Virus record (IMG/VR): IMGVR_UViG_3300028833_000003 | Length of the DNA stretch: 64,000 nt | Strand: one strand, 5' to 3' | Source of the DNA: a virus | In this document: positions 13,119-26,424 of the stretch, piece after piece | How positions within the stretch are numbered: the stretch's first letter is position 1 | Layout of the letters: every line of letters starts with the position of its first letter | Translations under genes and position numbers: made by a program | The notes under the pieces: model-generated | What the model was told of the DNA's origin: nothing | The model's input: the letters and a program-made list of their open reading frames with translations, nothing else | Databases searched by the model: none

Positions 13119-16100
13119 TTAAATATCTCCATTAGGAGTATAAATAATAAAGTCTGGCGCATCGACGCGAGTACCATAGGTAGGATTGCTGCTTGGAGAA
13201 GTGTCTCTTAAAGAACCCCACAACTAGCTACCATAAGAACCAGTCTGTTCATCAATTCCACCGATAATATCATTTCTACTATATTCTGATAAATCTAAGT
13301 ATAACATAATTGTTTTAGTTCTAACATCATTAGCAAACCAAGCAACCTGGCCATTATTATCTACAGGTGGATTAACAAAATTCTCACGACCTGCTTCACC
13401 AGTAAAGTCACGTCTAAATGGTGCTTGACTGCCATCTCCACCTTGACCATAACTTACTAATGCTGATGTATTAACTGGATTATCTACTGTACCAAATTCA
13501 ATAGTTTCGTAGCCAATATTTTCAAATGCTCTTAATCCAATCTATGAAATATTAACATTGGCAGTTAATACAAGACGTGTATTAGCAATATATCTTGCTC
13601 CGCCTTCTTTATTAGCAGCATCGTCTCTATTACGTAACAAACCAACTGAGTTCATTTGGATAAATGCTCTTGTGCCAATAACCGATGCATTAATTGGATC
13701 ATGCAATACTAGGCGTGTAGCATAAGCAACTGCGCCAGGTCCAATTACATTTAATGACTGTGGTATATCAAGATGACGTAAGTTAGGCATATAAGCAAAC
13801 GCACATGTACCAAATTCTGTAATCCGACAAGGATTTTGTTCATCATTCATACCTTCAAAGAAGATGTGAGTAATTTGCGCATTATGTGTCTGGCCATTCT
13901 CTACTGTTGCTGTTGGTACATTATCTTGGATAATACCATTGGCTGCCATCTTTGTAACAGTATAATTAACTGTTTCACCACCGCCAACATCAACAGTAAT
14001 TGTTCTTGGGATACAAATCTTACCGTAAGCTAATGGGCATCCCTTTTTAATACTAATAGAAACTTCAGTACCTTGAGCATTATTAGTAGCGATATTAAAG
14101 TTTTCTGTTGTACCAGGGATAGGATAATCATATACGCTTACTGTTTTGAATTGTGCGAAGAACGTAATTGGCTTATCTGTTGTTGGAGTACGAGTTGAAT
14201 TATAAGTATAATATACATCATTAGCTTCTGGTACTTCTTTTGTGGTCCATCCTAAGAAATGATAAGTCTGTGCCAATGGCAACATTGAATCATCCTTATA
14301 TGGATTAACTCTTGAGAATTGAATTGGCTCGCCTGCATAAGCAGTACCAGTTAATACATTCCCATCAAAATCAGTAGCAGGAGTAGTCGCATTAAACATA
14401 TACGTAATTAAATATGGTGTTTTAGAATAAACTGCAACTAATGTATAATTAACTAAATTGCCGCCTGTTGGTTGCAAAGATAAAGAAGACAAATTAACTT
14501 CACCCATGCTATTTGCAGGAAGGATAGTACCAGCATCAATTAAATTTAATGCCTCGGTTTTATCTAATTGAGATGCCTTGGCACGCCATTGCTCAACGGT
14601 ATATTGATTTTCGCCATCACCAGCAATAGCCCAACCCATAAAGTCATAATGCAAACGACGTGGTTTTTCAAAATTCTCTGAATAAGATACCTGTGCATTA
14701 CCAAATCCATTTGCATACTTTTGAGTGCCAAACTCATGCATGCTCTTACCTTCATCATCTAAGAATTCAATAAAGCGCGCACGATTAGCTTCTGTTACGT
14801 AATTTGCGGTAATATCAAGTTTATTGAAATTACCAGTAGCCTGATAGTAAGCAAAAATTTCTGCTTCATTTACTGGCGTACTTGAAGTATTATTGATATG
14901 TACTTTACCAGTAATAGTAGGAATTAATTTTTCATTCTTATTTGTAACACTATCTAGCAATGGACGGAAATGATAATTTTCAATGCTGCCTTGACTAATA
15001 CGGTCTTGGATGAAATTATTAAACAATGATAAATTAGTGATTGGGCTTTCACCTTTTTCAGTATCATATAGATATAATAAACCATCACGTTTATCTTGTT
15101 CAAATTGTGTAATATTAACACTAGGATTAATATTACCAGCACCAAAATAACGCACATATTTAATTTGATCTCTATAGTAATAATTTGCTTGCTGTGATTC
15201 ATCATAGCTTTCATCAACAGCTACTTGATGATAAGGTGTCCAATCAGCATTTAAAACTTGGATACGCAAATCTGCAGAAGTACCAGTGTGTGCCGTCGTT
15301 GGATTAGCAATACGTTCTCTCTTTAATTTTACCAAATAAGCTAGCATCTTATAAGTATCATAGCCTAATAAAGTATCATCCATTTGATAATATTGAATAA
15401 TAGAATTGTATTCATCTGGAATTGCAGAAGTAGTTAATGCATAATCTAACTTATCAGTTAAATCTTCTATATATAAACCTTCTTGATTATTTCCAGCACT
15501 TGTCTATGATTTGCTCGTTAAAATTCTAGTTAATTTCAATGGTGAAATCAAAGACAAATTACCAATAGTCTTTGGCAAATAAACTGTAGTTAATACATTA
15601 CCTGCAGGCATTGGCGCCTGTGCAATTTCAGTACCTAATAGTTTTAAAACTTCTAACTTCGGACAATCTTTAATATCTGGATCACCAGTTAATTGTTTTA
15701 AATTACTTAAATCAACTAAGCGTAATAATCCACGTGGTCCAATAGCAAAGCTGGTTAAATTATTGTTGTAATAACCTTCCCTATCATCACCAACTTTTAG
15801 CTCACGAATTCTGTCTGCAGAACCAAGCACAAATTCATTCAAATATTTAGGAGCTAAATCGCCTAAACTTGAAACATATTGTGGGCCTCTTACATAAGCT
15901 AATTGCTGCGTTAAAGCAACACCCAAAGATGCACGCTTACCAATTGAACTTGGTGGCTCAATAGTAACGTTTTCAGCAGTGCCGCCTAATTTAAATTTAA
16001 CACTTGGTGCAGCAGTTTGGTCATATAAGACTGTAACATACTGTGATAAATATGGTGTAATTGTAAATGTTGCGTTAGAATCAAATTGTTCATGGCCAAC

Positions 16101-19100
16101 CATATTGTCATCAGATGTTCTATCCTTATCATTTAAATTATAACGCATTTTAATTTGAGCACTTGTATTAATTGGGTCATATGCCGCAGCACTCCAGTGA
16201 GAATCAAGATAATTAAATCTATTACGAATTAAAGACTAACGTTGTAATGAACGGTCACCTTGTAAGCAATAGAAATAATCAGATGTGATAACTGTTGAAT
16301 GGTCAGGAGCAACATATCCTAAACCATTAATAGCTGGAGCAATATATTTATAAAATGCATCGTAGTTCTTCATAGATTCAGACCATCTGTTACTACTTGC
16401 AGTTTCATAATATTGCGTAATCGCTTCTTGTGTTAAAGATTCACGAATTGCTTTATACAAGTTAGCAATTTCACGAGAGAAACACAACTGAACGTTATTC
16501 CATAAAACCGAACCATTACCAGAGAAAATAGAGTCTGTAGTTCCACTGGCAGAATAAACCTCAATATTAGCGACACCATTGTCGTCAAATACGGTTCTTG
16601 TTGTTAAAGGAGGAGTTGCATCAACATCATAATCCCAATAAACCTGACCAGAGTTATTAATACCTAACTGCGTATCTAAGTCATAGAAAATAGGATACCA
16701 GATATAATCTCCGCCCTCACGTTCAGGACCCCAAGAAGCAAGCATCATATTCTTTTGACGAGAGTCATATAGTAAGAAGAATTCAGTGAATACAAAATAG
16801 AAAAGTACATAAGCCAAATTTAAATGTTCGCTAAATTCATTGCGGAACTTAGCTAAGCGGTATCTGTCATTATCAATAGTAAATTTCTCATATAATACGC
16901 TAGCATCAAAACCATCAATATCAATACTTAAATTTAATGTTATATATTTGACCCAATAAGTTGAATCACTATTATTAACATTAACAAAGGTAATACCTAA
17001 GTCATTTGCTAAATCAACGACATGAGAACCATAATGCCAACGCCAATTTGGTTCTTCATTAGTACCATCGTTACTATAAATAAAGCCTTGCTCACCAACA
17101 TATTCTTCATTAGTATGTTCTTTATCATCGGTTTCTAAAGATTTTAAGAAACTCCAAATCTTACTTGAATCAGTAATTTCAAAAGTAATGTCTGCAGAAT
17201 CTTTTAGGTTACTATTTTTAATTTCACCAGTTTTTGGATCAAGAGTTAAATGGTCTGTTAAATACGCACCCTTTTTAGTTACATGATTTGCAACTGTAAT
17301 GGTAGCAGGAGTGTATTCATTTGTATCACTATCATAATGATAATATTCTACACCTGGTTCATACTCAGTAGATAATGTACGATAATATTTTGTACCAATA
17401 TCACGTACTGGCTGAGAAGCTTTTCTGCCAATATAAGAAGTAACGTCAGTCTAACGAATCCAATCCCAAAGTCTATGCAAGTTTTCAGTACGATTTACCC
17501 ATTCAAAGGCATTACCATCGCCATCTTTACCAGAAACAACACCTGTACCTACCATTTCTGGATAACGCTGTTCAAAATGTTCAGAAATTTCATAATATTG
17601 AACTTCTTGTCCATTAATAGTAGTTGTACTTGTTGCTAACCAGTTATCTGCCACAGAGTCATCTTGGAACTTACCATGACCAGCTTGATTTTGACGGAAT
17701 TCCCAACATTCACAAACATCAGCATATGTAGGATTGGTAATTGTTTTCAATGTACCAGTCTTCATATTTTCTTTATAGTTAGGATCATCTTCATCATCAT
17801 TGACTTTAGTTACTTGCAATGTGTGCAAATATTTATGAGTTGCTGGAATTACAGAAGGATTATCATCAGATTCTTCTTGTGTAGGATCAAAATCTGGATT
17901 AGCCTTTTCCTCATAAGTAAAACCAAAAGTGTTTTCACATTCTTTATGAGTATTAATATTGTAACGTCCAACAAACTTAATGTCGCCTGCGCCATTTTCC
18001 CAGAATAATAAGATTGGGAAACCAAAAACAGTAGTACGATAATTTTCAGTAGCACCTTCTGGATCTAATCTCTTTAATGGGTGCCGCAAATCATAACCAG
18101 CACCTGAATAATTACCTGCCAAATAAGCAACTAAATTTGCGCCGGGAGTATTATGAGAAGAAGCACTATCCATATAATCAGCTTTTAATACTAATGACTT
18201 ATTTTGCATACTGAATGCGAAATCTTGTCCATTAATTTTAGTACCAATAACTATTGTACCTTTATTCTTATTTGGGTCAGTAGCATTAGGTTTAAACTTG
18301 ATATATTTATTTTTTACTTTTAAATCCGCTTCGGTAATTGCAATATTGGCTTCATCACCATCCCACCAACAAATTTGGAATGGATTTGGTTCTGCTACTT
18401 TATCTTTATCATTCCAGTCTGCTGAACCTTGCTTTAATTTAAGCTAGAAATTACGACGTGGATAACCTTGTGAAGAAGTACCTTGTACGTCAATAGTAAC
18501 ATTTGTAGCTTTCCAACAACGTTCTGGATCAAATGGATCATAATAACGAATATTACATCCGTACTTATCGCCCTTTTTATATGGCAATTCATCCATTAAT
18601 TTTTTAACGCCGTCAATTTTATCAGTTTTAATTACCATAATAGGAATTAATTTTTTTGCTTTAGCGTTAGCGTATTCGATAAAGTTTTGCTTAGGATCTA
18701 AAATACCCTGGTTTTTATCATAACGCTCTTTTTTAATTCTCAATGTTGGGCCATCTGCGGTCCAGTTTTGAGTAATACTACTGAAAGGCAAGTCATTCTC
18801 ATAAATACGAATATTATAAAGGTCAATATCGCAATAATCAGAATAAATATATAAACCTTCACGACGTGTATTTGGATCCAAATTCTGCGCAAATGATTGC
18901 GTAAATGAAGAGTCTGCTGGGAAGGTTAAAATATTTGTAATAACGCCATTAATATAAGCAAAAATTACAGGCTTACCTAATGTTTTTGTTGAACCATCTT
19001 CCATCTTAAATGCTGGATTTTGAGAAACAACAAAAGAAACTTTAACACGAACATCATCTGTATAGCGTGCATTAACCAACAAAGATTTAGATAATGCCAA

Positions 19101-21164
19101 GAATGCTTCTTGAGTACCTAAGATTAAACCTTTATCAGAAGCATAATACTGTAAGAACGTGCCGCGGCCGTTAGTAGTAACTGTACGAGCAAGAACTTCA
19201 CCACCAGTAAGCGGATTTTCTTGAGGTACTAAATTACCATCTTGATCAACAGCAAGACCTTTCTCATTAGCATGGTATTTACTCTCATCATAAGCAAATG
19301 CTTCTTGCAAATCGGAATCATAATATTTATATTTTCTTTCGCCATTCTCATCTACTTCAGTTAATTGCTCATAAGTTAAATAAACTGTTCTTGTTTCAAT
19401 TAATCGTGAATAGTCTGTTGCATTATGAATAGCAAATTCAAATTCATAAGTTTGGTTACCGCCAGCACTAAAAACTGAGCAAGGAATAAATACAGATGCG
19501 CCATTAGATACTCTTAAACAAGTATTACCATCATCATCTTTCAACCAACCATTATTGTACCAGTTAAAATTATTTAATTCAATTGGTGCATTTTCATATG
19601 ATTGAGTTGTAAGATTATATGTCTTTAATATATTGTTGCTTGCTTTCTTTGCTGTATTATTCCATTGAGCACGCTTAATTTTTGATTCATTATTAGAACG
19701 TCCAGTAGCAGATAATTCTAATACAGCATCTTTTTCAGGTTCAAGAGTGTATTGTGAATTACGTGTTATTGTTACTTCAGTCGTCCAAGAAGTTTGACCA
19801 GCAACAATAGTAAATACGTTTTGTCCTAATTGATAATTACCAACTTCCCAATAGTTATAATCATTAGGATTATATGCTACATCTAAAGAACTAACTTCTT
19901 CACCATTAACATAGAAGAAGACTTCTGTAGAAGCATTATTAGAAGGATCAACTACCATATAAGGAATGGTAATTAAAGTATAGTTTTCAAAAGTCGCTTC
20001 ATGTTGGAAAGGAGACCAAATAATTGGTGTTAAATTACCAGTAACGAACCAACCGATTTCATAATGTAAGCCACTTGTAATAGGAATGGTTACACCATTT
20101 AATGTCATTGTCGCTTCGATGTCTAATGAATGATTACCGTGTGCGGCGTCAATAAACAAATCTGCCAAAGGAACCGCACCACTGGCTGAAGTAACGTCTC
20201 TTGTAATAGTGCGTTCTGTCGTAAGTCCGCGATCAATGGTGGCTGATATTTTCATATTTGACGTATCAATTAAAGCATTAAAATCAGTTTGACTCATAGA
20301 AGTATCATAGGTTACAGTATATGCATAATCAAAGTCATCTAAGGATTCTGCATTTTTTAACTCACGAGGCTTCCAGAAAATTTCATTTGCAACCAAATGA
20401 ATATCAATAACTTGAACATTTTCCCAACTCTTAGGAGATTTACGTCCATTAACAGTTGCATATAGTTTTAAAATATTAGTACCTACACGCAAATAGTTAT
20501 AAGGAATTTCAACCGTAGTTTCACCAGCATTAACATCGCAACGACCAATCATCATGGTTTCACGGAATGGTGCTACTGCTTCTTCGCTAGCATAGAACTC
20601 TACATATAAAGTACCATTATGACCTTCACGTGTTAAGCTATCTAAGATACGAGCTTTCAAAGTAATGCTTGTACCAGAAACAACCATTGCTAATGGACTT
20701 TCAGTAACTAATACGGTAACACCAGAAGATTGCTCGCCTTCTCCACCACCGCCACCAGTACCAGCAACTAAAATTTTTGTAACATAGCAATTTTCATCAT
20801 CAATATCTATAATACGATATAATGAACCATCTTTGTTTAAAATAATATCATTCGCTCCATAGGTCTCCTATTTAACTCCCATTTCTTCATATGCTTCAGC
20901 AATACTTGAGCGAGGGAAGATATTTGATGCTGCACCGTGACCACTTGGAGCAGGCAATAAACTTTCTACTTGTGAGCCATAGACAAATTTTATCCCAGAT
21001 GCGCCAACAGAGTGTCTTAATCCGTCAGCATCATCAAAATAAAGACGCTCTGTGTCTGTAGTAAAATATACAGCGCCAGGAGTAGTTGGTAATCCATCAA
21101 TCGCATGTTCAGTACCGCGATAAACAGAAAACGCATCTTGGGAAACAGAAGCTTTACTTGCCAT
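13119..21164 (-). CDS. giant fibre/adhesin-like protein (2,681 codons) with a CotH-like region, leucine-rich repeats and Listeria-Bacteroides-type repeats
   Basis: ATG at 21164 follows GGAAAGGAG. ORFs 20868.., 18444.., 17451.., 16236.., 15504.. and 13542.. plus a 13119-13541 tail form one checked frame with only 7 TAG. TAA at 13119. CotH-like motifs: IDVQGTSSQGYPRRNF, LVLKADYMDSASSHN, YPIFYDLDTQLG. LRR_5-like: ITEFGTCAFAYMPNLRHLDIPQSLNVIGPGA. Listeria-Bacteroides repeat-like: HYDFMGWAI, TYHFLGWTT. Confidence 0.75.
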
Positions 21165-21187
21165 ACTTGTACTCCTTTCCTCTAAAT

Positions 21188-21223
21188 ATCATAGCCATAA
21201 GAATGAATTCTTATGGCTATGAT
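21188..21223 (-). terminator. 17-bp perfect palindromic hairpin between fibre genes
   Basis: ATCATAGCCATAAGAAT-TC-ATTCTTATGGCTATGAT on the minus strand. The U-tract is weak (ATTT). It lies between TAA 21239 and the SD at about 21175. Confidence 0.5.
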
Positions 21224-21238
21224 AATCTATATAATTAA

Positions 21239-22966
21239 TTAAAATGAACCCCAAACTAAATTAATAGCAACACCATTACTATTTGTGCCTGCACTTAATG
21301 CCAATGAAGAAGATTCAATATAATGTGATGTCTTCTTATTGTTAGAACCATCGGCCAAAGTAAAGGTACTAATTAATTCAGCAGAATTTACATCAAGATC
21401 AACACTGTTGGCAATGTTAGTGATACCGCTACGAGTATCAGTAATAGTCATTGTCTCAGTTGTTAAACCATTAATATGACCAGAAGAATCATAAGTAACT
21501 CCAGTAACAAATGTTTTTTGCATTTGTACAACGCCATTAGTAGCTGTTGCGCCTACCATGGTTGAAGTAGAAGTAACTGGAGTAAATGTACTAGCAGCAT
21601 GTCCAACACTTACAACTCTACCGGCACCAGAGCCAGTTGAAGATACAGTAAATTTATTATCAAAATTAATAGTACCATAAGTATTATTATTACGAATTAA
21701 TGTAATTTGGTTAGAATCGCTATCTGCATTGAACATATAAGTTGCAGTAACGTCTTCACCTGATCTTACATGAGTCCATTCAATACCATTCGCTGGTAAA
21801 TAACCAGTAGTAGCATTTTCTGAATATCCATCTTTCGCACTCGCAATAACAATATCACCTGGTAAATATTGGTCTGCGCCAATAGTGAAACCTGACTAGA
21901 CAGCATAAGTATCGCCAATTGAAATATTAGATGTCGGTAAAGCCGTAGTTGTAGAAGTCAATCCACCTTTAAACGTCATCGCATTAACTGCGCCTAATAA
22001 AGAATCAACTTGGCTTGTACTATAAACATCTAAATCCCATGTTAAAGTAGTAACACGAGACGTGCCATTACCAGTAGAATTTTCAGTTGCTTTAACAGTC
22101 GTTTTACTACCAGCTTGACCATACGAAATTTTTGGTGCCAATTTTGCACCAGACATATAAACAGTGCCTTGAGGAGTACCACTAGAAGGTAAAGAAGCAT
22201 ACCATTTACCTTGTAAAATACCCTCTTCACCATCATAAGTTAAATACTCATCTTTACCAGTGGTAATAGTAACTGTACCTTTGGTATTTGTTGCATTAGA
22301 CTCACTTAAACTAACGGCTGCACCGCCAGCACCTTTAATAGTAATATTACCAAGATTATCTCCACTACGGGTATTAGCTTGACCATTGCCAATTTTATAC
22401 TCGGTTCCGATACTCAATAAAGTACCACCAGTTACCGCGGTAGCAGTTAATTTTGCAGTATCTACTTCTGATTCTGCCGTAATTGCAGGAGAAGCAGTAG
22501 TGCTACTACTGTCCTAGGTAAATTTAACAGTACTGCTATCAACTAATCTATAATTAGTGCTTCTTAAAACATCATTACCATTCTTTAATGCTTGAGTAAT
22601 AGTAATTTGCCCACCATCGGTATCTAAAGATGTTATAAAAGCACTGACATATTCAGTAAATTCTTTTTGAGCATTAATCTGCTTCCATCTGGTTCCATCC
22701 CAAGCGCACAAAATATTTTCTGCTGCGATATAATAAATTGCATCTTTAGCTTTTGTATTACCTTGTGTATCAGCTTGGAATGTAGCCCATGACTATGTTA
22801 CTCTGACAGTATCGCCCAAACGAATACGTTGGAGACCTTTTGTGCCGCCAAAGTCATGGTCTAAATATATGGCTTGTTCATCAGTAGTAATTAAAATCTA
22901 ACCATCTACTAGAGCAGCGCTGCTTAGATTATCTAACAAGCCTTTTTTAAAGACTACATTACTCAT
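21239..22966 (-). CDS. tail fibre protein
   Basis: ATG at 22966 follows AAAGGAG. Four in-frame TAG. TAA at 21239. The N-terminus contains ILITTDEQAIYLDHD. The distal part is rich in Ser, Thr and Gly. Confidence 0.7.
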
Positions 22967-22983
22967 GTACCATTCATCTCCTT

Positions 22984-24237
22984 TTAATTATTAATCGCTT
23001 CCCAGCGAAGCACAACCGCATCAACAGCAGTCTATACATATTCTTCTACAGTATTATATTGAATATTGTTAATAGTTAAATCTCCAATACGAGAATCCAT
23101 ACCACCAGCACCGCCAGCAGTAACCCATTCGCCTAAAGCATTTAATACTAAAGAAGATTTATTGCCATTGCCACTATACACCGGAACAAGACCACTAGCT
23201 ACGCCATTAAACGTTGGTAAAGTAACTGTATTATTAGTTTTAATTAAATTAATGTTTCCGACTTTAACATTTGAAATATAATCTGCAAATAATCCTGTCG
23301 CAGGTTTCATCTCACCAGAAACACTATCTAATTCAGCAGGCTTACCAACTAATGATTCTAAAGTTGTAATTTTAGAATCTACTGCCGCAACCTCGCGGTC
23401 AGTTGCATAGCCAGATAATACATCAGCAGTTTCAATCCACTCAGTGCCATTCCAAACATAGTTTTTATTATCAACAGTATAAACATCGCCATTAACAGGA
23501 GATAATTCATTTAATTCTTCTGCTTCTCCACGATATGTAAAAATTGAACCAACTGTTGATTCTAACGCAGAAATGCGCTGAGTATTACTAGCATTTAGAA
23601 CTTGTAAATCTGCAACCTCTCTCGCAAGGGCCGAAACATCTTCCGCAACTACCCATCCAAAAATTAAATTATTGTTATAGGTAATAATACGAGGAACAAG
23701 CCCATCGCGCCAAGGATGAGTGGCATCTACTGTAACCTTAACGTATTGTTGAGTTGAAGTATTATAAGTATAATACTCAACTTCAAATCCTTTAAGACTT
23801 AAAGCATTGTTATGATTGACAATAGTTTCATCATCAACGGCACCCAAAGCACTTTCAGAAAGGGCAGTTTCCAGATTTTTACCATTAGAAAGAATAACAT
23901 TCTAAGCAGCAATTCGCTCATTTAAAATAACCCAAGTAGTACCAGTCCATAAACCAGTCATAATTGTATTATTTTTTCGCCATAAAACAATATCACCAAC
24001 TACTTTTTCTGCATCCGCGCCAGCTGCTAAAATAAATACATCCGCTGCCGTTGCTGTGCTAGGTACAATCGCAGTATAATTAAATACACGCTATTTCGTT
24101 GAAATAAGCGTAGTACCCTTATATAATTCACCAGTGTCAGTAATAAAATATAAAATATTATTTAACTTTTCTTCTAATGCATTATAATCCGCTTTTGTAC
24201 CAACCCGAAATAGAACACGCTCTTCGTTGTCAGGCAT
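22984..24237 (-). CDS. tail fibre protein
   Basis: ATG at 24237 follows AAAGGGAGTG. Three in-frame TAG. TAA at 22984. The N-terminus LFRVGTKADYNALEEKLNNILYFITDTGELYKG is a typical fibre anchor motif. A coiled-coil-like middle follows. Confidence 0.7.
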
Positions 24238-24308
24238 AACATTTTTCACTCCCTTTCTATATGGCTTGGTCTTTCTATTATATTCAAAATCACATAAGAC
24301 AGATTAGT

Positions 24309-26057
24309 TTATCTCGCCCACATTGCTCCACGTACTTTATTATTTTCATCCATAGCCACAAACGTATTCCCAACAACAACAGGATAAGCAGTTGCCAATA
24401 CTCCATTCTCACCAAGAACCCAATAAGAACTTACTTCTTCTTGCCAGTCTTCTAGCGCTGCCAATCTGTTTAAAATTGTGTCTTCATCTGCGTGTTTTTC
24501 TCCACGACCTAATAAAGCAATAACAGATGTTAAATCAATGCCTGATAAACTATTATAAATACCCCAAATAGTTGGTTCAGCATTTTCATTCATAGTATCT
24601 TGCGGCGTGCCAATTTGTGCCTATACATCAGCGATATCCTATGATAAAACATTCAACATACCATAAATTGTAGCGGTATCTACATTTTCACTATCATTTT
24701 CACCAAGTAATCCTTCAATAATTTCTAAATCTTCATTGGCTTTAATTAATGTAGCATCTAAATGATCTAATTGATCAGAAACTTCCATACCTTTTGCTAA
24801 TAAGCCACGAACAGTTGTTAAATCATATACTGGTGTCCATCCCTCAGGAGGTATTTGGTCTTTAGGAATGTATTGATCTGCATTATCTAAATCTTTATAA
24901 TGCCATTCTCCGCGACCATTTTCTTCACGTTCGTGTCCCTCATAGCCAATTAATTCTAACATAGTATTCGCAATACCACGTAAAGTATAAGTATCTTTAC
25001 CACCTGGGTCATTATGCGCAACCTCATAAGTTGAATTAATAGTAGTATCTCTTGGCGTTCTTCTTGTAACAAATTGACCTGAAGTTGTCTCGGTTGCAAC
25101 ACCCACTCCACTTCCATATACTACGTCCCATACCTAAGCAATAGTATTACCTATCTCAGCAAAATTAATATGTATGTCATATACATCTGGTAATGCCCCT
25201 GTTGCCGATGGGGAAGCAGAGCCTGAAGCAGCATTTATGTCGCGTGCATTATAAGGATATGATTTATAATGAGTAGGTTGATAAGTAAGCCCAACATTTA
25301 AAAAAGAATTTTCTATTAAATTCTTATCACAATGCTCAAAAGGAGAAAATCCTTCCGTATTATATTCTTTAATACTACCAATACGATACAATGGAGTTTG
25401 TGACATATGTAATTCATATGTCAAACCACTTTTAAGTAAATAAGGCGCACGAAGACGCTCATTATTCATATTAACATTAACATAGCCACCAGTGAATGGA
25501 GCATCAATAATACATTCTACTTGTGGTAAATATTCATTCAAACTAGCGATTTCTCTATAATAATATCCCTAATCTTTAGAATATAATTTAATAAATACTG
25601 AGTTATGCGCAGGTTCTAAACTATGTGTAATATCTTGAAATATATTATCAAAATATGTATATAAAGGATCAGCTTCATCAATTTCGGCTAAATTAAATTC
25701 TGCTCCCTCTTCCATACTACACATATGATAGCCACTATTTGTATAATAATAATATCTTGTTCTCCAAGAACCAGCCAATAAATTTTCATATACAACACCT
25801 GGTTTTGGATCAATTACATTATCAAATTGCGGACTTACTTGTGTATTCTGTGTATATGTATGATAAAATGTTTTATTGTTATTATTATAATAACCTAAAA
25901 CAGTTTCTGCTGCACCATAAGTCACTAAGGCATAACGACCTACTAATACTCCATCATCTTGATGCTGCATCAATTCCCACCGTGATGTATAAACCTTATC
26001 AAATACAAAAGTAGGTTGCTAAGGAGTTGTTAAATTACCATAAAAATTTTCAGGCAT
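24309..26057 (-). CDS. hypothetical baseplate/fibre-associated protein (582 codons)
   Basis: ATG at 26057. ORFs 25569.., 25134.., 24639.. and 24309.. are joined by 5 TAG in one checked frame. TAA at 24309. Confidence 0.7.
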
Positions 26058-26058
26058 A

Positions 26059-26406
26059 TTATGATATTCCCTCCCCCGCATACATCATATCAATTATAAT
26101 TGAAGGCACTGATTGCGCGGTTATATTTAAGTCAATACTACTATTATCAAATTGTAATAAACGAATTAATGCTCCCGCACTTGCATCAATTTCCCAAATG
26201 CCAGATGGACCAATCATAATTGGATAGACATCATTATTAACAAAAAAACGTGTGCCTGGCGCAGCCTAAATGCCTAAACGAGTAATTGGATAAAATGGTT
26301 CAAATGCGGTGCCATTAACCAACTGCTCTCTTGTAATACCTGCAGGAACATTAATTAAATTAGAATCTCCACCCCAGGTAATCTGATAAAAATTAATTGC
26401 ATCCAT
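26059..26406 (-). CDS. hypothetical small baseplate-associated protein
   Basis: ATG at 26406 follows AAAGGAG. 115 codons with one TAG. TAA at 26059. Confidence 0.65.
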
Positions 26407-26424
26407 AAATTTTAAACTCCTTTA

